Assembly: GCA_964655065.1 (NCBI GenBank)
Contig: CAZZLC010000019.1
Span: 1 to 64,000, forward strand
Origin: an uncultured Enterobacteriaceae bacterium
GTDB taxonomy: Bacteria; Myxococcota_A; UBA796; GCA-2862545
DNA: 64,000 nucleotides
Reading direction: 5' to 3'
Shown here piece by piece: positions 56,910-64,000 of this stretch; position 1 is the first letter of the stretch, and the number at the start of each line of letters is the position of its first letter. Both the position numbers and the translations under genes were made by a program. The notes beneath the pieces were generated by a model. It was not told the origin of the DNA and did no database searches. It saw only the letters and a list, made by a program, of their open reading frames with translations.

Positions 56910-58750
56910 GCGGTCTTCTTCGCCGACGTGTACATGTCCTCGATGAGGTCCGCGAATCGGTCCTCGACGACCTTGCGCTTCACCTTGAGGCTCGCGGTGA
57001 GGATGCCGTTCTCGACGGTCATGGGCTCGGTGAGCAGGCGGAAGTACTTGATGCTCTCGAAGCTCGCGAGGCCATCGTTGACCTTGTCGACGTGTGCCTG
57101 GACGGCGGCCTTGACCTTGTCGTCCTGCGGCTGCGGGGTAGCGTCGTTCAGGGGGGCCCACACCTCGAGCTCCTCGGGGTCCAGGCTGATCAGCGCCACG
57201 CAGAAGTTCCGCCGGTCGCCGATGACCACGGCCTCCTGGACGATCTGGAAGTCCTTGAGGAGCCCCTCGATCTTTGCCGGCGCGACGTACTTGCCGCCGC
57301 TCGTCTTGATGAGCTCCTTCTTGCGACCGGTGATCTTGACGAAGCCCTCGGCATCCTTCGAGCCAAGGTCTCCGGTGTGGAACCAGCCCTCGTCGTCGAA
57401 GGCGTCCGACGTGGCCTCGGGCCGATTGAGGTAGCCCTGGGTGATGTTCGAGCCCTTGGCGAGGATCTCGCCGTCCTCGGCGATCACGATGTCGACACCG
57501 GGGAGCGCCTTGCCGACCGTGCCTAGCTTGAAGTCGTCGGGGCGGTTGACCGAGAGCGCGGGGCAGGTCTCGGTGAGCCCGTATCCCTCGATGAGATCGA
57601 GGTTCATGGCCAGGAAGAACTCGTGGACATCGGGGGAGAGCGGCGCCGAGCCCGACAGCAGGAGCTCGCAGTTGGTGAAGCCGAGGCGATCCCGAAGCCT
57701 CGACAGCACCAGCCGATCGGCGATGGCGAGCTGCAGGCCGGTGAAGAAGGGGATGGACTTGCCCTTGGCCCGGTAGGGAACCGTGGCCTTGCCCACGCCG
57801 ATCGCCCAGTCGAACAGACGCCGACGCAGCGGAGAGGCGCCGGCGACCGCGCCCTCGATGCGCGACTTCATCTTCTCGTAGACGCGGGGCGCGGAGGGGA
57901 AGAACCCGGGCTTCGAGGCCACGAGGTCGTCGACCAGGGTCGGCACCGAGGAGATGACGAGCGGGAACCCGAAGTACGGCCCGGCGGTCTCGATGAGTCG
58001 GCCGAAGCTGTGCGCGAGGGGGAGGAACAGGAACAACCCCGCGTCCTTCAGCGACTCGGGAAAGAGGTTGATCTCGTCCGTCTTCTCGAGGGTCGACAGC
58101 ATGTTGTCGTTGGTCTGGATCACCGCCTTCTGGGGCCCGGTGGTGCCCGACGTGTAGGTGTAGGTCGCCACGTCCTGGCGCGTCATGCCCGCGCGGCGCC
58201 GCTCGATCTCGGACTTCAGCGACGCGAGCTTCTCGCTGCCGCGCCGCTCGAGATCCTCGAGGCTCTCCCAGTCGCCGGCGGGGATCACGCCGGTGGGATC
58301 GATGACGACGATGTGCTTGACCTTGACGAGCTCGGGGCCGTACTGCTTGTCGAAGAACTCGAAGCCGTTCCGCATCTCGCGGACCTTCTCGAGCTGCTCC
58401 CCGTTCTCGGCAATGGCGATCACCGCCTTGGTGTCGGTGTGCATGTACCCGACCTCCTTGGGGAGGAGCGTCGCGTACACGGGCACGGTGCGAAGGCCGA
58501 CGGACAAGGCCGCGAAGTCGCACAGTACCCAGTCCATGCTGGTGTTGCCGATGATGGTGATGTGGGCATCGTCGGCCAAGGGTTCGTCCAGAGCGCTCAG
58601 CAGCCCGGCTGCGATGTTCTCGAGTCGGGGCGTGACGTCCTTCCAGGTGACCGAGCGGTAGCCCGAGGATTCCTTCACCTTGAAGGCAACGGCATCGGGG
58701 CTCTGCACCGTGCGATCGATCACCATTTGGCCGAGGGAGGTTGCCGCCAT
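56906..58750 (-). CDS. long-chain-fatty-acid--CoA ligase (FadD-like AMP-dependent synthetase)
   Basis: ATG at 58750 with a GGAGACG RBS. AMP-binding motifs 'YTSGTTGPQKAV', 'LIEGYGLTE', 'TGD' and 'SGGKYVAP'. The ORF as listed extends to 58864. Confidence 0.85.
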   Translation of the reverse strand: MAATSLGQMVIDRTVQSPDAVAFKVKESSGYRSVTWKDVTPRLENIAAGLLSALDEPLADDAHITIIGNTSMDWVLCDFAALSVGLRTVPVYATLLPKEVGYMHTDTKAVIAIAENGEQLEKVREMRNGFEFFDKQYGPELVKVKHIVVIDPTGVIPAGDWESLEDLERRGSEKLASLKSEIERRRAGMTRQDVATYTYTSGTTGPQKAVIQTNDNMLSTLEKTDEINLFPESLKDAGLFLFLPLAHSFGRLIETAGPYFGFPLVISSVPTLVDDLVASKPGFFPSAPRVYEKMKSRIEGAVAGASPLRRRLFDWAIGVGKATVPYRAKGKSIPFFTGLQLAIADRLVLSRLRDRLGFTNCELLLSGSAPLSPDVHEFFLAMNLDLIEGYGLTETCPALSVNRPDDFKLGTVGKALPGVDIVIAEDGEILAKGSNITQGYLNRPEATSDAFDDEGWFHTGDLGSKDAEGFVKITGRKKELIKTSGGKYVAPAKIEGLLKDFQIVQEAVVIGDRRNFCVALISLDPEELEVWAPLNDATPQPQDDKVKAAVQAHVDKVNDGLASFESIKYFRLLTEPMTVENGILTASLKVKRKVVEDRFADLIEDMYTSAKKTA

Positions 58751-58906
58751 CGTGTGTCGTCTCCGCTTCCACTGTGTGGTGGCGCCCCGTGACTGAACTG
58801 TCGGTCGGGTCGGTTTTTCGAGATACCACGCAACGCGCGTGTAATGCACACGGTGCGGCGTCAAAGCTAGGGCAAGATCTTCGAGACGGCGCGATCGAGC
58901 TTGACC

Positions 58907-59521
58907 CTAGGCCTGTCCAGCCGCCTGCAGAACCCCGCGCAAGTGTGGCGGACTCATGTCCATCGCGGCGCCGAGCTCGGTCAGGAACTGCTTCTCTTCG
59001 TCACTGAAGTATCCGTCCGCCGAAGCGACCGACAAAGCAGCGCGAATGACGATCTCCTTGCCGTAGTCGTTCAGTTGGCCCCGCACCTGCGCGACATAGT
59101 CGGTCAAGGGCTCGTCAGAGGCGGAGAGCTCCTCGGCCTCGGCGCGGATGCGCTCGGGATCCAGATTCCGGTCCGTGACCTGGCGGTAGAAGCGAGCGAC
59201 GGCCTCGATCTCCTGATCGTCGATCACCCCGTCGGCGATCATCATCTGGATCATGACGCGGCGCATCGCGACGTGGAACTCGGCCTCGATGGGCGCGGTG
59301 TCCGGCCCGGTCTCGGTGGCCCCGATGGGGAAGGTCCCTCGGCAGTGGCGACACTCGACGTACTCGCCGAGCAGGTCGAGCGGGAGCACAGGCACGCCGT
59401 AGAGGGTCACGAAGCGTCGGACGCGGCGATGCACGTAGGCGCGGTCGGCCCGGCAGGTGGGGCAGAAGAACCGGCCCTTGCCGTGGCGAAGGGGAATGCC
59501 GCGCGTCTCCACCCTGCTCAT
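58907..59521 (-). CDS. zinc-ribbon plus TerB-like domain protein
   Basis: ATG at 59521. N-terminal CxxC..CxxC ('CPTCRADRAY...CRHCRG') followed by a TerB-like helical domain ('MIADGVIDDQEIEAV', 'ADGYFSDEEKQFL'). Confidence 0.65.
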   Translation of the reverse strand: MSRVETRGIPLRHGKGRFFCPTCRADRAYVHRRVRRFVTLYGVPVLPLDLLGEYVECRHCRGTFPIGATETGPDTAPIEAEFHVAMRRVMIQMMIADGVIDDQEIEAVARFYRQVTDRNLDPERIRAEAEELSASDEPLTDYVAQVRGQLNDYGKEIVIRAALSVASADGYFSDEEKQFLTELGAAMDMSPPHLRGVLQAAGQA

Positions 59522-59609
59522 GGGCGACTCCGGGGAAGGGGGCCCCAGCTGGCGTCTCGGCGCCTTCGCGACGAGTTTCACGGTGACGTAACAGCGGGGT
59601 GACCCCCGC

Positions 59610-62600
59610 TCACGGAACGGCGATCGGCGCCCCCGTCGCGTGCTGAAGCGCGAGCCAGCTCCGCACCACCTCGTGCCGGGCTCGAGCCTCCTCCGCCTGC
59701 CGACGACTCGCGGCGGCCTGAAGCTGCAGCACGTCGATGATCGTGGATCGGCCCACTGCGTACTGGGCCTCCACGAGCCGCAGCGCCTCGCTGGCCTGGG
59801 CAAGCGCCGCCTCCCGCACGGGAACCGCCTCGCGGGCGACGCGGTAGCGCGCCTCGGCGTCGACCCACGCGAGCCCGATTTGGCGATCGAGCTCCTCCCG
59901 ATCCGCGCGCAGAGCGGCGAGCTGCCTGGTCAGCGAGCGATCCTGCGCCTGACGTGCGCCTCTCGCCACCGGGGTCCACGAGGCCACCACGGCGCCCTGG
60001 ATCCAGGTGTTGGGGTCCAGGACCTCGTTGTTCGTCCCGCTGAAGCGTCCCTCGAGGGTCACGCTGGGGAGGGCGTCTCCCCGCAGGGCGGTCCGTTGGC
60101 GTCGCACGGCCCGTAGTCCTGCGTCGAGGGCCTGCTGCTCGGGTCGGGTGGCCCTGTCGGAGAGGGCCTCCGGGAGGACGAAGGCCTCTTTCGTGCAGCT
60201 CACCGCTTCGTCCGCTCCGATCGCCGCGGCGAGGGCCACCTCGGCGACCCCACGCTGTTCGTCGAGAGCGAAGCGCTGCTGCACTGCGTCGAGCCGGGCC
60301 ACCTCGACCTGGAGCGCGTCCGCGCGGAGCACCCGGCCCTCGGCGAGCAGAGCCTCCACGCGGGCCGCCTGTCGCGCCAGTGACGCGATCTGGTCGTCGA
60401 GGGCGACGAGCCCTGCTGCGAGATCCCACTGATCGAGGCAGGCCCGGGCCGCGGCGAGCCGGGCGTCGCGCTCGGCAGCCAGGTACCGAGCGGCCTGCTG
60501 GTCGCTCGAGGCTCTGGCCGCCTGCCAGCGGGCCCAGTCCCCCGGAACGAGGACCGGCACCTGGAGGATGGCCGCCCCCTCGATGGTGTCCTGGGGCGTC
60601 TGGAGGATGTCGATGGGGATGTCCGGAGGGGCCAGTACCAGGTCCGTCTCGCGGCGGGTCGCGGTCACCTGACCGCTCACCGCGGGCAAGAACGCCTGCC
60701 CGAAGGCGGCCTGGGTCTCGGCCCGGGCGGCCGCCGCCCGGCGCTCGGCCGCGGCGACCGAGGGACGGGCCGACGCGGCGCGGTCCATCGCGGTGGCGAG
60801 GTCCACGTCGACGGCGCCTGCCGGACTCGGGAGCAGCAACTGCGCGATCCCCGCCGCGAGGGCCGGGCGGACACCCGGAGACAACCTGGGCCCCGCGCCC
60901 GACTCTCGGCGGAAGACGAGCACGTACAGAGCCGGCACCACGAGGAGGGTGAGCCCCGTGGAGGCCACCAGACCGCTGATCAGCGCGCTCGCGAGCGGCG
61001 GCCACAGCGTGCTCGACGAGAACAGGAGCGGCAGCATGCCCACGATGGTCGTCAGGGTGGTGAGCAGGATCGGCCGGGTGCGCTTGGTGACGGCATCGGA
61101 GACGGCCTCGACCAGCGGCGCGCCCTCGCGACGTCGCTGATCGATCCAGTCCACCAAGATGATCGCGTTGTTCACCACGATGCCGATCAGCGCGAACACG
61201 CCGAGGAGCGACGTGAACCCGAAGGGCTGTCCGGTGAGCACCAGCCCCGGGATCACGCCCGTGGCGGCGAGCGGCACGGTGGTGAGCACGATGGTGACTC
61301 GGCGGAACGAGCCGAACTGGGCGAGCAGGAACAGGAGCAACAGGAGCCCTCCCATCGGAGCCGCGACCAGGATCGCCGTGTTCGCGGTCTCGGAGCCTTC
61401 TGCCTCTCCGCCGATCTCGAGCCCGAGCCCGGCGCGCTCCACGATGGCCTCGATTTCGGGCCGGACCTCGGCGGCGACCTGGTTGAACGCGAAGCCGGGT
61501 CGCAGCTGTGCGGCCACGGTGGCGATGCGCCGTCGGTCGCGACGGTGCAGCACGGTGGGACGGAACTCGACGGAGGCTCGGGCGTAGTTCGCGAGGGGGG
61601 CGGGGCCGCGAGGGGACCACACGTCGATGGTGGGCAGGTCCGTGAGCGGGAACCGCTCGCCCGCCTCGGAGCGGACCACGATCGGGGTGGGCTCCTCGTC
61701 TGACCACAGCGAGCCGGCTCTCAACCCCCGCGTCTGGGCGAGGACCGCCTGTGCGACGGTGGCGGGGGCGATGCCCGCGAGCGCGGTGGTCTCGTCGACC
61801 ACCGTCATGGCGAGGGTCGGCGTTCCAGGTCCGAGATCGTGCCGGACGTCGGTCGTCGCCGGGTGGCTCCGCAGCACCTGGTGAATCGCGTTGGCGGCAT
61901 TCCACAGCTCGGAGACGTCGTCGCCGACGAGGCGGTAGGCGAGGGGCGCGACGAGCGGGGGCCCTTGCTCGAGCTTGCGGGCCACGAAGGCGGTGCCCGG
62001 GAGGTGCTCGCGCGCCTCCGCGCGGGCCCAGGCGATCAGGGGCTCGACGTCGCCCGTCGAGCGAGTGGTCACCAGCAGCTGGGCGATGTGGGGGGCCTGG
62101 GGTCGCCGACCGAGGTTGTAGTAGAAGGGCGGCGTGCTCCGGCCGACGAAGCTCGCCACCTGGGTGACCTCCGGGCGGGTGAGCAGGGCCCGCTCGAGCA
62201 CGGCCGCGGCCTCGCTCGTCGTCTCGAGGTGAGCACCTTCGGCGAGCTCCAGGGTGAACACCGCCTGATTGCGATCCCCGGCGGGAAAGAACTGCTGTCG
62301 CACGAGCGGCAGGAGCAGCAGGACTCCGAGCACCAGCAGCGAAGCAGCACCGACGGTGCTCCAGGGGTTCTCGGTGGGGAAGCGGGCCATCGTCTTCAGC
62401 CACACCCGGTCGGCGAGCGATCCCCGAGGGCTCGGTCGGAAGGCGAGCGCGGCGAGCGAGGGGGTCACCGTGATCGCGAAGACGAAACTCACGACCAGGG
62501 TGAGCATCACGAGCTGCGGGATCGCACGGGTGAAGTCTCCCGAGGGTCCCTCGGACAGCAGCAGGGGCACGAAGCTCGCGAGCGTCGTGCCCGTCGCGGT

Positions 62601-63896
62601 GAACAGCGGCCAGGCGAGCTCGCTGATGGTGCCGGTCGCTGCGTCCTCTCCGGAGTCCCCCTCGTCGATTCTGGCCTGAACGCGCTCCGCGACCACGATC
62701 GCGTTGTCGACGAGCAGGCCGAGCGACAGCACCAGGGCGGCGATCGAAATCTGCTGCAGCACTCCGCCGGACAGCGCGTAGATCCCGACCGAGGCCAGGG
62801 TCACCAGCGGTACGACGCTCGCGACGACCCCCCCGAGTCGCAGCCCCATGGTCACGATCAGCACCAGGCCGACGATGAACGCACCCTGAAGCAGGGAGCC
62901 ACCCAGATCGGCGAGGCGTCGGTCGACCCGCGCCGGCTGGTTGGTGACGATGGACAGCTCGAGCGGGGCGAGCTCCGTGGTGAGCGGCTCGAGCGCCGCC
63001 TGCACGGCGTCTCCGTACGCGACGACGTCGATCCCGGATCGCGGATTCACGCCCACGGCGAGTGCGGTGCGTCCGTCGAGCCTCATCAGCGCCTGGGTCG
63101 GCTGCTCGGGGTCGCGCCGAATCCGTGCGATCTGCGACAGCGGCACCGACGAGCCCGAGCCGATCGCGATCGGCATGTCCGCGAGCGCCTCCTGGTCGAC
63201 GAAGTCGCTTCGTGGGTCGACCACGACCGAGCGACCGCCGTCAGCGACGCGTCCTCCAGGCACGATCGAGGTGCGGAGCTCGATCTGCCGGGCGAGCGTC
63301 TGCTGGGACAGGCCGAAGCGGCGGACCGCTGCGTCGTCCACGCGAACCGTGATCTGCTCTCCGGGATCGGGGGTGATCGTCACCTCCCGGGTGTCGGGGA
63401 TGGCGCGGAGGGCGTCCTCGACGCGCTCGGCCGCCTTCAGCAGCTCCAGGCGATCGTCGCTGCCGGTGAGCGCGACGATCACGGCTTGCAGGCGGGTGAG
63501 CTCGATGTCGATGGTGATGGGAAGAGCGGCCGCAGGGAGCTCGGCCTGGACCTCGGCGAGCTCCTCCTTGACGTCGTCCCAGTAGGGATCGGGCTCGGCG
63601 ATGGTCTCGCGCAGGCGGACGGTGAGGATCGCGACCCCCGAGCGGGCGGTCGCGTCGAGGTGCTCGATGCCTTCGACATCGGCGAGTGCGTCTTCGATCG
63701 GTTCGACCACCAGGCGCTCCACCCGTTCGGCGTCCGCGCCGGGCAGCGGCGCGATCACCAGGGCGTTGCGGTTCGGGAACGTGGGGTCCTCCTGGCGGGG
63801 CATCACGAACCAGGCCACGAGGCCCGCGAGCGCGAGCGCTCCGGCGAGGAGGTAGATCAGGCGACGCTGGTCGAGGAGGAGTCGCGCGAGGTTCAC
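59610..63896 (-). CDS. RND efflux transporter fused in-frame to a TolC-like outer membrane factor domain (1428 aa), second copy
   Basis: GTG at 63896 overlaps the stop of an upstream membrane-fusion-protein gene (GTGA). Residues 1-~995 are an RND pump ('LGLLVDNAIVVAERV', 'GIVVNNAIILVDWI'). Residues ~1000-1428 are OMF-like ('...STIIDVLQLQAAASRRQAEEARARHEVVRSWLALQHATG'). The junction 'RRESGAGPRLSPGVRPALAAGIAQLLLPSPAGA' again has a hydrophobic stretch with an AxA site. Confidence 0.85.
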   Translation of the reverse strand: MNLARLLLDQRRLIYLLAGALALAGLVAWFVMPRQEDPTFPNRNALVIAPLPGADAERVERLVVEPIEDALADVEGIEHLDATARSGVAILTVRLRETIAEPDPYWDDVKEELAEVQAELPAAALPITIDIELTRLQAVIVALTGSDDRLELLKAAERVEDALRAIPDTREVTITPDPGEQITVRVDDAAVRRFGLSQQTLARQIELRTSIVPGGRVADGGRSVVVDPRSDFVDQEALADMPIAIGSGSSVPLSQIARIRRDPEQPTQALMRLDGRTALAVGVNPRSGIDVVAYGDAVQAALEPLTTELAPLELSIVTNQPARVDRRLADLGGSLLQGAFIVGLVLIVTMGLRLGGVVASVVPLVTLASVGIYALSGGVLQQISIAALVLSLGLLVDNAIVVAERVQARIDEGDSGEDAATGTISELAWPLFTATGTTLASFVPLLLSEGPSGDFTRAIPQLVMLTLVVSFVFAITVTPSLAALAFRPSPRGSLADRVWLKTMARFPTENPWSTVGAASLLVLGVLLLLPLVRQQFFPAGDRNQAVFTLELAEGAHLETTSEAAAVLERALLTRPEVTQVASFVGRSTPPFYYNLGRRPQAPHIAQLLVTTRSTGDVEPLIAWARAEAREHLPGTAFVARKLEQGPPLVAPLAYRLVGDDVSELWNAANAIHQVLRSHPATTDVRHDLGPGTPTLAMTVVDETTALAGIAPATVAQAVLAQTRGLRAGSLWSDEEPTPIVVRSEAGERFPLTDLPTIDVWSPRGPAPLANYARASVEFRPTVLHRRDRRRIATVAAQLRPGFAFNQVAAEVRPEIEAIVERAGLGLEIGGEAEGSETANTAILVAAPMGGLLLLLFLLAQFGSFRRVTIVLTTVPLAATGVIPGLVLTGQPFGFTSLLGVFALIGIVVNNAIILVDWIDQRRREGAPLVEAVSDAVTKRTRPILLTTLTTIVGMLPLLFSSSTLWPPLASALISGLVASTGLTLLVVPALYVLVFRRESGAGPRLSPGVRPALAAGIAQLLLPSPAGAVDVDLATAMDRAASARPSVAAAERRAAAARAETQAAFGQAFLPAVSGQVTATRRETDLVLAPPDIPIDILQTPQDTIEGAAILQVPVLVPGDWARWQAARASSDQQAARYLAAERDARLAAARACLDQWDLAAGLVALDDQIASLARQAARVEALLAEGRVLRADALQVEVARLDAVQQRFALDEQRGVAEVALAAAIGADEAVSCTKEAFVLPEALSDRATRPEQQALDAGLRAVRRQRTALRGDALPSVTLEGRFSGTNNEVLDPNTWIQGAVVASWTPVARGARQAQDRSLTRQLAALRADREELDRQIGLAWVDAEARYRVAREAVPVREAALAQASEALRLVEAQYAVGRSTIIDVLQLQAAASRRQAEEARARHEVVRSWLALQHATGAPIAVP

Positions 63897-64000
63897 GGCC
63901 GCACCTCCACCGGTTCGCCGACGACGAGGCCGATGTGGCCAGCCACGATGACGCGGTCACCGGGCGCGAGGTCCCCCTCGACCGCCACGGCGGAGCCCCG
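63894..64000 (-). CDS. efflux RND periplasmic adaptor (MFP), C-terminal fragment; gene continues beyond the window
   Basis: The minus-strand frame ending at the TGA at 63894-63896 reads '...GSAVAVEGDLAPGDRVIVAGHIGLVVGEPVEVRP*', a typical MFP C-terminus. It is not in the ORF track because its start lies outside the window. Confidence 0.6.

Noticed and set aside
56364-58829. 821-aa minus-strand ORF treated as one gene
   Set aside because: Only its last 181 codons (56364..56909, NUDIX) are protein-like. The rest is an out-of-frame overlap of the fadD-like gene (56906..58750).
59578-62403. 941-aa minus-strand ORF in an alternative frame within the second RND-OMF locus
   Set aside because: Out-of-frame overlap of the homologous RND reading frame. 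Arg/Gly/Pro-rich junk composition.
1-64000. CRISPR arrays, rRNA/tRNA genes, IS elements or integrases
   Set aside because: No repeat-spacer periodicity, no tRNA-like T-loop motifs in the intergenic regions longer than 100 nt, and no transposase or integrase homologs in any frame.

Overview
The window is about 70% GC and carries the pervasive spurious antisense ORFs that such DNA produces, so calls rest on protein-like composition and family motifs rather than ORF length. The gene content suggests a Myxococcota-type genome: a MYXO-CTERM-like C-terminal tail, an ftp-like type III PKS/FAAL/ACP cluster, many lipoproteins, and DUF2330-, DUF4349- and DoxX-family proteins. About 55 genes are supported, mostly tightly packed with 1-14 nt start/stop overlaps and frequent GTG/TTG starts.

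Features described:
- Housekeeping genes: dusA, hflX, hemN, priA, dtd, gloB, an inositol monophosphatase (suhB-like) and a MutH homolog.
- Transporters and envelope proteins: an APC permease, a DAACS symporter, several lipoproteins and outer-membrane beta-barrels, and a sulfatase-family protein.
- A co-linear minus-strand block (35972 down to 28526): hypothetical protein, DoxX, hybrid sensor kinase/response regulator, type III PKS, ICMT-type methyltransferase, ACP, fatty acyl-AMP ligase, FAD oxidoreductase.

Most notable for the hunt:
- Two separate efflux loci, one behind a TetR regulator and one running off the window end, encode the RND inner-membrane pump and a TolC-like outer-membrane factor as a single in-frame polypeptide. 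A hydrophobic segment with an AxA site, resembling a signal peptide, sits at each junction.
- A mutH homolog is followed by a small gene of unknown function.
- A quinone oxidoreductase gene is frameshifted.
- A large lipoprotein carries beta-propeller repeats fused to a PAP2/vanadium-haloperoxidase motif set and is co-transcribed with an HExxH lipoprotein.
- Two tandem DUF4349 lipoprotein paralogs sit next to a CPBP intramembrane protease.
- A perfect 12-bp palindrome lies immediately upstream of the TetR gene.

No rRNA, tRNA, CRISPR array or obvious mobile element was found.
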